64,000 bases of DNA, taken from assembly GCA_028710985.1 (NCBI GenBank), contig JAQTTB010000001.1:231397-295396 (forward strand), read 5' to 3'. The stretch comes from Patescibacteria group bacterium. Lineage in GTDB: Bacteria; Patescibacteriota; Patescibacteriia; JAHJFT01. Under the pieces are notes generated by a model that did not search any database, had not been told where the DNA came from, and saw only the letters and a list, made by a program, of their open reading frames with translations. Positions within the stretch are counted from its first letter, which is position 1. Every line of letters begins with the position of its first letter. This document shows, piece by piece, positions 10,595 to 19,743 of the stretch. The position numbers and the translations under genes are program-made.

Positions 10595-10891
10595 TCAGAG
10601 CGGACTGTTTGGAAAAAAGCAAATCCACTCGTTCCAGATTTGCACATCCACCGCCGACCCGCCGCAGTCGCGGATCGCGCGGACAATGCCCGGCTTATAG
10701 GACTTAAGATTCTCCAGGAATTCTTCCTTGTTGTTCACCACGCCAAATTCATCGCAGTCCGGCTTGATGAAATGGAGAAAAGTCTCCCAGTCGCTCTCGG
10801 CGATGAACATAAGTGGAGTTATCCCTTTTCCCATCGCGTGTCCCATCGGATACTTCACGGCCAAAAGCCTCGCCCTCCTGGTTTCCGACAT
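10595..10891 (-). CDS. hypothetical protein
   Basis: ORF with AGGAGG SD before MSETRR. Confidence 0.55.
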   Translation of the reverse strand: MSETRRARLLAVKYPMGHAMGKGITPLMFIAESDWETFLHFIKPDCDEFGVVNNKEEFLENLKSYKPGIVRAIRDCGGSAVDVQIWNEWICFFPNSPL

Positions 10892-10976
10892 CTCGCCACC
10901 TCCTAAAAAAAGACCTGCTAAAAATTTAGCTGATTTCCCCGTCCTTGTCAAGCACCCCCAATCATGTTAAACTCTG

Positions 10977-11066
10977 TTTTAATCATTAAAAATTTATCAT
11001 TTAAAATTGAATTAAAATTCCTGCCTGCCGGCAGGCAGGTAAAACTTAAAATTTAAAATTTTTAAT
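10977..11066. repeat. degenerate TTAAAAT heptamer array containing perfect palindrome CCTGCCTGCCGGCAGGCAGG (11020-11039)
   Basis: Direct reading; the same 20-mer occurs at 22348 and 60981, with a variant at 47295. Confidence 0.85.
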
Positions 11067-11068
11067 TT

Positions 11069-11129
11069 GGAGGAGTGGCCGACCCCGCGCAGCGGGGCCC
11101 TGCTTCGCGGGGGTGGCTGAAAGCGCCGC
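11069..11129 (+). pseudogene. 5' fragment of tRNA-Ser interrupted by a 30-nt double hairpin (11083-11112)
   Basis: GGAGGAGTGGCCGA|insert|GTGGCTGAAAGCGCCGC matches the first 31 nt of the tRNA-Ser at 11387 with 2 substitutions. Confidence 0.85.
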
Positions 11130-11139
11130 AATTATAAAA

Positions 11140-11385
11140 ATGTTCACAACCTATATCTTAAAAAGTTTAAAAAATGGTAAACATTACATTGGGCATACTA
11201 ATGATATGCCGGCGCGATTAGAACGGCATAACCAGGGAAGGGTTAAGTCAACAAAAAATGGACGCCCCTGGGAATTAATTTATTCAGAAATATTTAAAAC
11301 AAAATCGGAAGCTAATCGTCGGGAATTTGAAATAAAGAGTTATAAAGGCGGGATATTATTTAAAAAACTTTTCAAACTCATTTAA
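11140..11385 (+). CDS. short stand-alone GIY-YIG nuclease
   Basis: TYILKS..HYIGHT..RLERHN.G..KSTK..RPWELIYSE.F..KSEA..RE..IKS. Confidence 0.9.
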   Translation: MFTTYILKSLKNGKHYIGHTNDMPARLERHNQGRVKSTKNGRPWELIYSEIFKTKSEANRREFEIKSYKGGILFKKLFKLI

Positions 11386-11386
11386 C

Positions 11387-11476
11387 GGAGGAGTGGCCGA
11401 GTGGTTGAAGGCGCCGCTCTCGAAAAGCGGTATGCCCGAAAGGGTATCGTGAGTTCAAATCTCACCTCCTCCGCCA
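11387..11476 (+). tRNA. tRNA-Ser(CGA)
   Basis: Cloverleaf with CCGCT-CTCGAAA-AGCGG anticodon arm, long variable arm, GTTCAAATC T-loop, encoded CCA. Confidence 0.95.
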
Positions 11477-11487
11477 ACCAAAATATT

Positions 11488-11931
11488 ATGCAAATTTCAA
11501 AAAATGATGTCCAATACAATATATTGAATGAAGAATTTTTGCTTGCACAGCGGCAAATGGACAAATACGACCAGCTTTCAACTACCATTAAAACCTGGGC
11601 AGTTACGCTGTGGGTAGCCGCGTCCGGCTGGGTGTTCCAAACGGAAACGAAACAGGTCGCCCTCTTAGGAGCGCTGCTAGTACTCATCTTCTGGTTCTTT
11701 GACAGCTACAATAAAGTTTATCGTACCAACTACAAGAAACGCCGTGACGAAATCCAAAATGGCTTACAAATTCTTTTTTTCGGCCGTCCCTTACCCACGG
11801 ATTTTTTATCCCCCAACCTTCCGATTCATGACGAAAAAAATGTCGTTCGAAGCATGTTTCTTCTACACGTTGGATTGCCTTACGCAATACTTATCATCAT
11901 TTCACTTCTGATCTATGCTAATTTCAATTAA
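11488..11931 (+). CDS. small membrane protein, possibly defence-associated
   Basis: IKTWAVTL..FWFFDSY pattern, about 3 hydrophobic helices; flanked by tRNA 3'-end direct repeats. Confidence 0.7.
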   Translation: MQISKNDVQYNILNEEFLLAQRQMDKYDQLSTTIKTWAVTLWVAASGWVFQTETKQVALLGALLVLIFWFFDSYNKVYRTNYKKRRDEIQNGLQILFFGRPLPTDFLSPNLPIHDEKNVVRSMFLLHVGLPYAILIIISLLIYANFN

Positions 11932-11954
11932 AGACGACGGGGACAAAATCGCTT

Positions 11955-12033
11955 TCACCTCCTCCGCCAACCAAAATATTCAAAATTTTAAGTCGACGTA
12001 GCGGAGCGAAGTCGCTCTCACCTCCTCCGCCAA
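11955..12033 (+). repeat. two copies of the tRNA-Ser 3' end (att-like direct repeats)
   Basis: TCACCTCCTCCGCCAACCAAAATATT at 11955-11980 is identical to 11462-11487; TCTCACCTCCTCCGCCAA at 12016-12033. Confidence 0.9.
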
Positions 12034-12167
12034 ATTAACAAGTTAGAACCTAAGTAAAATAAGGGTATTTGGACAGCGAAAAGCCGATTTCGTCAGGAAG
12101 TCGGTTTTTTGTATTATTTTTTAACAGGGTGTACAATATAATCAATATATTTTAGTAAAGATAAATT

Positions 12168-12365
12168 ATGCCTACAATCAGTAAAAACATTCGCAAATTA
12201 AGAGAACAAAAAGGTATATCGCAAGATAGGCTTTCAAAACTGGCAAATATCTCTTTGAATACAATCGCAAAACTGGAACTCGACGAAACTCAAAATCCAA
12301 CCATTGAAACTTTGCAGAAAATTGCAAAAGCCCTAGATGTCAAAGTTGAGGATTTAATAAAATAA
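12168..12365 (+). CDS. XRE-family HTH regulator (controller-like)
   Basis: IRKLREQKGISQDRLS..NPTIETLQKIAKAL; lies directly upstream of the MTase. Confidence 0.88.
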   Translation: MPTISKNIRKLREQKGISQDRLSKLANISLNTIAKLELDETQNPTIETLQKIAKALDVKVEDLIK

Positions 12366-12369
12366 ATTT

Positions 12370-13488
12370 ATGGCCAGAGAAGCATCAATTAAAAATCTTA
12401 CAAATGCGAAAAGGGCAAAGAACGATGAGTTTTATACTCAGTACATCGATATTCAGAAAGAAATTGAAAAGTATTTAGATTACAACCCTAATACATTCCG
12501 AGCTAAGGTGGTGTATTGCAACTGCGACGATCCGTTCGAGAGCAATTTTTTTCGTTATTTTGTACTCAATTTCAACAAGCTTGGATTGCAACAGCTAATT
12601 ACAACGAGCTACAAACCATCGCCCGTCGCCAACACGCAACTGGGATTATTCGGTGATGACAAAACACTTGCAAAAACAAAAGGCCGTTCAAAGGTAACTG
12701 CCAATAAATTTATTATCAATGAAGTGAAAGATATAGACGGCGATGGAGAGTTCAATCTAAAAGATGTTGCCAAACAGTTAAAGGCAAACAAAAACAACGA
12801 ATGGATGCCCCTTGAGAAAGATGGTGACTTCAGAAGTCCCGAATGCATAGCATTACTGGAACAGTCTGATATCGCGGTAACCAATCCGCCGTTTAGTTTG
12901 TTTCGTGAGTATGTTAAACAACTTTTTGATTACCAAAAAAAGTTTTTGATTATTGGCAATATTAATTGCATAACTTACAAGGAGGTATTTCAAAAAATTA
13001 AAAATAATGAAATATGGCTTGGTAATGGAATGGGAAGATGGATTTCTGGTTTTATTGTACCTGAATCCTACAACTTGTACGGAACGGAGGCTCGGATAGA
13101 TGAAGATGGAAATAGAATTGTTGCCACCAATAATTGTTTGTGGCTTACCAATCTTGACCATGGTCGCCGTCACCAACCGTTGCCACTTATGACAATGAAA
13201 GAAAATTTGAAATACAGCAGACACAAAGAAATCAAAGGCAAAAAAGCGTATGAAAAATACGATAATTATGATGCGATAGAAGTATCTTTTACCGATGCGA
13301 TTCCAAGCGATTATAAAGGTGCAATGGGTGTGCCAATAAGTTTTTTGGATAAGTACAATCCTGAACAATTTGAGATATTAGGAATGGACGATCACAGGAT
13401 GCAATATCCTAATTGGAGAGGCAGAGGCCCTGACTTGAATGGAAAGCCCGCTTATAGAAGAGTTATCATCAGGCATAAGAAAAAATAA
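12370..13488 (+). CDS. adenine-specific DNA methyltransferase, EcoRI-like family
   Basis: [46 protein letters not shown]. Confidence 0.9.
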   Translation: MAREASIKNLTNAKRAKNDEFYTQYIDIQKEIEKYLDYNPNTFRAKVVYCNCDDPFESNFFRYFVLNFNKLGLQQLITTSYKPSPVANTQLGLFGDDKTLAKTKGRSKVTANKFIINEVKDIDGDGEFNLKDVAKQLKANKNNEWMPLEKDGDFRSPECIALLEQSDIAVTNPPFSLFREYVKQLFDYQKKFLIIGNINCITYKEVFQKIKNNEIWLGNGMGRWISGFIVPESYNLYGTEARIDEDGNRIVATNNCLWLTNLDHGRRHQPLPLMTMKENLKYSRHKEIKGKKAYEKYDNYDAIEVSFTDAIPSDYKGAMGVPISFLDKYNPEQFEILGMDDHRMQYPNWRGRGPDLNGKPAYRRVIIRHKKK

Positions 13489-13489
13489 T

Positions 13490-14659
13490 ATGAATACAAC
13501 TTTAAAAACCAATATCACTGTTAAAGAAATCTGCGACGGCTTTGTCTATAACGAACTTGAAGGCAAGGGTTTGTTTGGCTTGTCTGGCAAGCTCACTATT
13601 CAGCCGGAATATCAGCGAAATTATATTTATGCATCCGATGGCGGCAAAAGAGAGATGGCTGTAATTGAATCAGTCCTAAAAGAATATCCAATAGGATTGA
13701 TTTATTTCAATAAAGTTTCTACCGAAAACCTAGAAGTTTTAGACGGACAGCAACGCATCACAAGTCTCGGACGATTTATCACCGACAAATTTGCCATCAA
13801 GGACGAAAATGGCATGGAGCAATATTTTGGCGGTATGGCAAAAGACAAGCAAACCAAAATTTTGGAAACGAAACTTCTCATTTACGAGTGCGAGGGCACA
13901 GAAAGCCAGATAAAAGAATGGTTTAGGACCATAAATATTGCCGGCGTTCCGCTCAATAATCAAGAATTACTCAATGCCGTGTATTCTGGCCCATTCGTGA
14001 CTAGGGCTAAAGAGGAATTCAGTAATAGCCAAAACGCCAATATTCAAAAATGGAGTGCATATGTATCGGGTAGTGCAAACAGGCAGGAATTTTTGGAATG
14101 TGCTCTTGATTGGGTAAGCAGAGGCAATATCGGCGACTACATGAGCAAGCATCGCAAAGACAAAAACATCGATGTGTTGAAAAAATATTTCAACACAGTC
14201 ATTCATTGGGTATCTAGCGTATTTACCGATGTAGAAAGCGAAATGCGCGGGCTTAAATGGGGACGATTGTACGAGGAATATCACAAAGAGAAATATAATC
14301 CAACCAAAGTATCCGCTGAGGTGCGTGAGCTCTATGGTGACTTTTTTGTTAAAGATAAAAAGGGAATTTTTGAGTACATTTTAGGTGGTAAAAACGATAC
14401 AAAATTGCTTAATATTCACATTTTTGACGAACCAACTAAAAGAGCTATTTACGCAAAACAAACTAAGGAAGCTGAAACCAAAGAGAAATCAAACTGTCCA
14501 CATTGCGCTATTGGGCACGACGCTAATAAGGAAAAGATTTGGAGTTTCGGCGAAATGGAAGCGGATCATGTATCAGCGTGGAGCAAGAGTGGCGCGACTT
14601 CAGCGAAGAATTGTGAGATGTTGTGCAAAACCCACAATCGAGCGAAGGGAAATCGATAA
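13490..14659 (+). CDS. DUF262 (GmrS-like) + C-terminal HNH endonuclease
   Basis: [28 protein letters not shown]; CPHC..MEADHV..WSKSG.T...[10 protein letters not shown]. Confidence 0.88.
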   Translation: MNTTLKTNITVKEICDGFVYNELEGKGLFGLSGKLTIQPEYQRNYIYASDGGKREMAVIESVLKEYPIGLIYFNKVSTENLEVLDGQQRITSLGRFITDKFAIKDENGMEQYFGGMAKDKQTKILETKLLIYECEGTESQIKEWFRTINIAGVPLNNQELLNAVYSGPFVTRAKEEFSNSQNANIQKWSAYVSGSANRQEFLECALDWVSRGNIGDYMSKHRKDKNIDVLKKYFNTVIHWVSSVFTDVESEMRGLKWGRLYEEYHKEKYNPTKVSAEVRELYGDFFVKDKKGIFEYILGGKNDTKLLNIHIFDEPTKRAIYAKQTKEAETKEKSNCPHCAIGHDANKEKIWSFGEMEADHVSAWSKSGATSAKNCEMLCKTHNRAKGNR

Positions 14660-14665
14660 AATAAT

Positions 14666-14860
14666 ATGGCAAATCAAACAGACAATAAAATAATGAGTGT
14701 GCCAGAGCAAATATTCGACCAGTTTCTAACGGAATTGGGAGAACAAAAAATACCGGAAGAAGTTATCGCTCGCTTAAGAAAAACTCTTGTAGACAATGGG
14801 CAGATCTCGGTTGATGCTCTCAAACAAGCATTGTTTTACAGTGATAGCACAGATGTATGA
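14666..14860 (+). CDS. 64-aa hypothetical protein translationally coupled to the ATPase
   Basis: ATGA overlap with the next gene; operonic position. Confidence 0.6.
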   Translation: MANQTDNKIMSVPEQIFDQFLTELGEQKIPEEVIARLRKTLVDNGQISVDALKQALFYSDSTDV

Positions 14861-17331
14861 TTAAGATTGACACAATAAAAATTGAAGAGTTTCGTGGCAT
14901 ACGCAACTTGACACTGGAGTTTAACGGAAAAAATTACGCTGTATGCGGACCAAACGGAACAGGTAAAAGTGGAGTGGTCGATGCTCTAGAGTTTGCTCTT
15001 ACAGGGAATATATCGCGCTTGTCTGGCGAAGGTATGGGTAATGTTTCCGTCAAAGAACACGCACCACATGTCGATAGTAAAAATAATCCCGAAAAAGCTC
15101 GCATAAACATTACATTTAAAATACCAACACTTGAAAATAAGCAAGTGACGCTCGCGAGGACAGTCAAAAATTCTACAACGCCAAGTATAAATCCATCATC
15201 ACCGGAAATACTTGAGATACTTTCACAATTTGATGGGCATCCTGAGTTTGTATTATCTCGACGCGAGATTATTCGGTATGTCATTTCAAAACCGGGCGAC
15301 AGATCAGCGGAAGTTCAGGCACTATTGCGTCTCGATAAAATTGGCGATTTACGGAGCAGTCTACTGACCATATCAAACACATACAGCAAAGAGTCAAAGG
15401 ATTCAAAAAAAGTTCAGGATCAAGCAAGCGAAAGTTTAGCACAAGGTTTGGAAATAACTGATTTGGTTAAAGCAAAGATTTTAGAAGCGGTAAATACAAG
15501 ACGCACTGTTCTCGGCTTAACGTCACTTACGGATTTAACAGCCACGACAGCTTTAAATGATGGATTAGAAACAAGTGTAAAATCTCCGGCTGTGCCGAAA
15601 GTGAATAAGGTTTCGGCAACAGCTGATCTAAAGACTTGGCGAGAGGTATCGCAAAAAATGACGGCTGAAAGTGTGCGGTCGGAGTGTTCAGAGTTGAAAG
15701 ATCAATTAACTGTTTTGAGTAGTAATCCTATTGTTACTGAGAGTGTAACGCGCGAGAAATTTTTACGCTCGGCGATAGATTTTGTAACGGAAGAAGCTTG
15801 TCCCGTTTGTGATACAAAATGGGACATATCTACATTGCAGGGTATTATCCGCTCGAAACTTGAAGGATTTGAAGAAATCACAAAGATGCGCGCTAGCCTT
15901 GAAAATCGGTTGGAACCAATTATAACTCTTGTCGACTCGCTTGATAACGCAACCGCTTTAGCTGAAAAATTAACGAAAGTCTTGACAACTGAACATACGG
16001 CAGGTCTTGCAGCTTATCGAGCAACATTATCGTCATACCGCAAGGCATTGAAAGATTTTTTGCCATTGACGGAAGCTATACCAGCAATTGTAAATATCAC
16101 AGAAATTCCTGCTGACGTAACATCTGCAATTGAAGCGATAGAAAAAGCTGTCGCAATTATTCCAGAGCCAACACAACAAGATGCGGCACGAGATTTTATT
16201 GTGCGAGCACAAGATCGCCTTGAGGCATACAGAAAAGTAGCTCGCGAAGCAGATAAGGCAAAGCAGCGGGCTGATTTATCAAAGAAGGTTTACGACACAT
16301 ATGTAGATATCAGCACCAAAGCGTTGGAGGGTGTTTATAAAGATGTAGAAGGCGAGTTCTCTAAACTGTATCGCTCGGTGAACGGCGAAGACGAGAATAG
16401 TTTTACAGCAAAGCTGGTTCCGTCTATTGGCAAATTAGGTTTTGATGTTGATTTTTATGGACGAGGGCATTTCCCTCCTGGCGCGTATCACAGTGAGGGA
16501 CACCAAGACGCGATGGGGCTTTGTTTGTATCTAGCACTAATGAGAAAACTCCAAGGCACTAATTTCAGATTTGCCGTACTCGACGATGTGCTCATGTCTG
16601 TTGATTCGAATCACCGCCGAGAAGTGTGTAATCTTCTTAAGCAACAATTTCAAGACACTCAATTTATCCTTACAACGCATGATGAAGTATGGTTAAAACA
16701 AATGACGACTGTTGGGCTTATCGCATCAGGAAACGCAACACGCTTTAGCAATTGGACTCCCGACCATGGTCCTGCGGAATGGAAAACGCGCGACGTGTGG
16801 ACTGAAATAGACACTGCTTTGAATGCAAACGATGTTCAATCAGCGGCCAGTCGCCTTCGGTATTATCTGGAGTATGTTTTTAGAGAAGTATGTGACAGCT
16901 TGCGAGCACAAGTTGAGTTTAAGGGTGATGGACGCTATGGGCTTGGGGATACCCTAGCTCCGGCCGTGGCACGCTTTCGTAAGCTTATGGTTGAAGGTAA
17001 AGAGGTTGCGGAATCACGGAGCCAAACTGATGTTGCAAAAGCTCTCCAATTGCAAGAAAAGAACCTTGCAGATTCTTTAGTCGCGACCAACGCTGAACAA
17101 TGGCAGGTTAATCCGGCTATTCACTATAACGAATGGGCGAATCTTTCGGTTAATGATTTTAATCCCGTGGTTGCTACTTTTCGTAATTTGGTGCAAAAAT
17201 TCTTTTGTGAAAAGCCAGAGTGTAGTAGTTTTGTATATTTAACTACGACGCCACCAAAAACGCCGGATGCAGTTCGCTGTAATTGTGGATTGATAAATAT
17301 AAACCTAAAGAAACCGGCGCAGAAAGATTAA
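14857..17331 (+). CDS. Rad50/SMC-like ABC ATPase with Zn-hook and putative HEPN-like C-terminus (RloC-like)
   Basis: GPNGTGKS Walker A, CPVC within coiled coil, HSEGH signature, LDDVLMSVD Walker B, LTTHD; C-terminal RLRYYLE..NPAIH and Cys pairs. Confidence 0.75.
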   Translation: MIKIDTIKIEEFRGIRNLTLEFNGKNYAVCGPNGTGKSGVVDALEFALTGNISRLSGEGMGNVSVKEHAPHVDSKNNPEKARINITFKIPTLENKQVTLARTVKNSTTPSINPSSPEILEILSQFDGHPEFVLSRREIIRYVISKPGDRSAEVQALLRLDKIGDLRSSLLTISNTYSKESKDSKKVQDQASESLAQGLEITDLVKAKILEAVNTRRTVLGLTSLTDLTATTALNDGLETSVKSPAVPKVNKVSATADLKTWREVSQKMTAESVRSECSELKDQLTVLSSNPIVTESVTREKFLRSAIDFVTEEACPVCDTKWDISTLQGIIRSKLEGFEEITKMRASLENRLEPIITLVDSLDNATALAEKLTKVLTTEHTAGLAAYRATLSSYRKALKDFLPLTEAIPAIVNITEIPADVTSAIEAIEKAVAIIPEPTQQDAARDFIVRAQDRLEAYRKVAREADKAKQRADLSKKVYDTYVDISTKALEGVYKDVEGEFSKLYRSVNGEDENSFTAKLVPSIGKLGFDVDFYGRGHFPPGAYHSEGHQDAMGLCLYLALMRKLQGTNFRFAVLDDVLMSVDSNHRREVCNLLKQQFQDTQFILTTHDEVWLKQMTTVGLIASGNATRFSNWTPDHGPAEWKTRDVWTEIDTALNANDVQSAASRLRYYLEYVFREVCDSLRAQVEFKGDGRYGLGDTLAPAVARFRKLMVEGKEVAESRSQTDVAKALQLQEKNLADSLVATNAEQWQVNPAIHYNEWANLSVNDFNPVVATFRNLVQKFFCEKPECSSFVYLTTTPPKTPDAVRCNCGLININLKKPAQKD

Positions 17332-17615
17332 ATCTGCTCGGATAAACCTAGCAATTGTTGTTTACTAAAAAGAGAGCCGCCCGCGTCAGCGGACGGGCTT
17401 GTATGCGCGCTAATAGGGATTTTATATAGAATAATCCACCTCATCTTTGCCTTTGACCGACTTAGGTTTAGGCGTCTCAAACCACTCCGGATGAACTTCG
17501 TAGATAGCCCTTAATTCCTGTATACTTTTATCAAGATCCTCGAATTTGAGCCATTTTCTTGGTTCAAAGTTCCGGAGATCGTGCCCGCCAAATTATAAAA
17601 AACTAATTACCAAAT

Positions 17616-18101
17616 ATGTCAGATCAAGAAATTAAATCAACCGGCTGTTGCGAGCCGTTCAATCCCGAACCGTGGCATGAAAAAGAAATTGTCTGGAAAG
17701 ATAAAATTTTTGTCAAAGACTATGTTACGAGTTTTTTGCACATTCCGCTCAATATGGGGAAAAAAATCATAAAAAATATAGCGCTGATTGAAAAAGCCGG
17801 CGCTAAATCCCCGTATCAGCTCATGCTCTGCGACGAAAAATCTCTTTGGGGTTCTGACATTTATATTGATGTTGCGAAAGATGTCCCCGGCGCGCAGATG
17901 GCAAAAATTTCCGGCACTTTCCTAACGAAAGTTTTTGAAGGTCCGTATCAAAACGCCGGCAAATGGGCGGTTGAAATGAATGAATATGTGAAAAACAAAG
18001 ACAAAGAAATTAAAAAATTATATTTTTCTTACACCACCTGCCCAAAGTGCGCCAAGGCTTACGGCAAAAACTACGTGGTGCTCTTCGCGCAGATTGACTA
18101 A
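17616..18101 (+). CDS. conserved hypothetical protein (GyrI-like fold, CC and CPKC motifs)
   Basis: TGCC..P.PW, FLTKVFEGPY, YTTCPKCAKAYGKNYVV. Confidence 0.7.
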   Translation: MSDQEIKSTGCCEPFNPEPWHEKEIVWKDKIFVKDYVTSFLHIPLNMGKKIIKNIALIEKAGAKSPYQLMLCDEKSLWGSDIYIDVAKDVPGAQMAKISGTFLTKVFEGPYQNAGKWAVEMNEYVKNKDKEIKKLYFSYTTCPKCAKAYGKNYVVLFAQID

Positions 18102-18182
18102 AGAACATACAGGACAGCATGCAAATGCAGGAATTTATTCGTCTTTTATCGGACGATTTTTTATTTGCGCTAAACCACGCCC

Positions 18183-18211
18183 TTGACAATATGTAAGGTA
18201 TACATTACAAT
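18183..18211 (+). promoter_or_regulatory. sigma70 promoter with overlapping inverted-repeat operator
   Basis: TTGACA-17-TACAAT; TGTAA-N8-TTACA at 18192-18209 upstream of the membrane protein/XRE pair. Confidence 0.65.
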
Positions 18212-18238
18212 AAGTAATGTAAACTTAACTTAATCAAT

Positions 18239-18640
18239 ATGAACTACAAACAATTCAAAAGAATGCGCCTATTAACCGCCTCGTTTGTTTCGGCCACGGT
18301 GGCGATTGCGGTTGTTTATAATAACATTGTCTTGGCCCTGGCCGGAGTCGTAATCGGCCTGCTTTTTCTCCTCCTGGTCAGAAAAAAAACAAATGCGGTT
18401 ATAATTGACGAGAGAATTCAAAAAATTGGCGACCGCGCGGCTCGCCTTACTTACACGACTTTAACCCTCGCCACTGCTTTTCTTTCTTTGATTTTCATCG
18501 TGATCGGCCGGCGGATCGGCGAGGCAAATTACGAAACCCTGGGAATAATATTAAGTTATATTACCCTGTTCAGCCTTGCCCTTTATTCGCTTTCATACAA
18601 ATATTTCAGCAAAAAATATGGAGAAACAGACGACGAATAA
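18239..18640 (+). CDS. DUF2178-like 4-TM membrane protein
   Basis: IIDERIQKI..AAR motif between TM pairs; coupled to an XRE gene. Confidence 0.7.
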   Translation: MNYKQFKRMRLLTASFVSATVAIAVVYNNIVLALAGVVIGLLFLLLVRKKTNAVIIDERIQKIGDRAARLTYTTLTLATAFLSLIFIVIGRRIGEANYETLGIILSYITLFSLALYSLSYKYFSKKYGETDDE

Positions 18641-18818
18641 AATTAAAGTTTTCCGAGCAATGCGCGAAATGACTCAGGAACAACTGGCTGATAAAGTTGG
18701 CGTTACTCGTCAAACCATAATCGCGATTGAAAAAAATAAATACGTTCCGTCCCTGGAGCTGGCATTTAAAATCGCCGGAGTTTTTGGCGAGACGATTGAG
18801 AACGTCTTTCAACGTTAA
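18618..18818 (+). CDS. XRE-family HTH transcriptional regulator
   Basis: NKIKVFRA..MTQEQLADKVGVTRQTIIAIEK..PSLELAFKIA. Confidence 0.9.
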   Translation: MEKQTTNKIKVFRAMREMTQEQLADKVGVTRQTIIAIEKNKYVPSLELAFKIAGVFGETIENVFQR

Positions 18819-18884
18819 GTATTCTTACCTCTATTGAAAAATTTTTTGCCCTCTGATAACATCCCCGTAGAGAAGGAGGATGCC

Positions 18885-19643
18885 ATGACAACGTCCGCAA
18901 ATCTTGTTCTTATCCCCGGCATCGACACCTATACCCTGCTTGACCTTTTAAAGTTAGCCGCACGTCATAAGGGCCTCGAGCTTTGGTGGAACGCTTCAAA
19001 AACCTTTTTCAAGCCGATCAAAAAATATACGCTCGATGACCGGCTCCTCGATATTCTTGAATCGCGCAACATCAAGCGAGAGCCCCGCCCCGATCTTTCC
19101 TTCACCTTGGTCGACCAGAACCCCCAGGAGATAACTCCCGGACACCGCCCGAGCAACTACTGGAGCTTTAAGCTACTCAAGGGCAGTAACTACAACTATG
19201 ATCTCCTGATCAGTCTGAGCGTCCGCTACGAAGTCAGCACCAAAAAACAGGGCATTATCCTTTTGCCCCTAGCGATTGGAACTGTCCTTTCTCCGGCAGA
19301 CCACTTGCCAAACCTCCGCATGTTCCAAGCGCTGGTCGAAAGCGACAGGGACGCACCAGCCATCGCTAAAGAAATCGCCGGAAACGCGAGCGGCCTAATC
19401 GTCACCTGGAGCGATCTTGGTCTCGGGGGCATTCGTCGGCTCACTGAGCTCTTCCACGAGTTCACGAATCGGAACGTCGCTATCGAAAACCTCAGTCGGC
19501 AGGATGGTGTTTTCAGCCCCACCCCGCACCCCTACCAACAACAACTTACGGATGAACTGTTTATTACCGAACTGGCGCAACTCAGAATTCTTAAAGCATG
19601 GCGGAATCAACTCGAAGCCTATCGCAACAGCCACGCCCCATAA
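18885..19643 (+). CDS. hypothetical protein
   Basis: Long ORF; AAGGAGG SD before MTTSAN. Confidence 0.65.
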   Translation: MTTSANLVLIPGIDTYTLLDLLKLAARHKGLELWWNASKTFFKPIKKYTLDDRLLDILESRNIKREPRPDLSFTLVDQNPQEITPGHRPSNYWSFKLLKGSNYNYDLLISLSVRYEVSTKKQGIILLPLAIGTVLSPADHLPNLRMFQALVESDRDAPAIAKEIAGNASGLIVTWSDLGLGGIRRLTELFHEFTNRNVAIENLSRQDGVFSPTPHPYQQQLTDELFITELAQLRILKAWRNQLEAYRNSHAP

Positions 19644-19743
19644 GACACGCTTGCTCAAGGGAGTTCGTGAAAACGACTCCTTTTTTTTATGATATAATCA
19701 CTGCAGAGCTTTTTCAGCCATATTAATAATAATTAATTAACGC

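Noticed and set aside
11401-11487. N-terminal extension of the 176-aa ORF in the track, and the antisense ORF 11382-11687
   Set aside because: Both overlap the intact tRNA-Ser; ATG 11488 is the plausible start.
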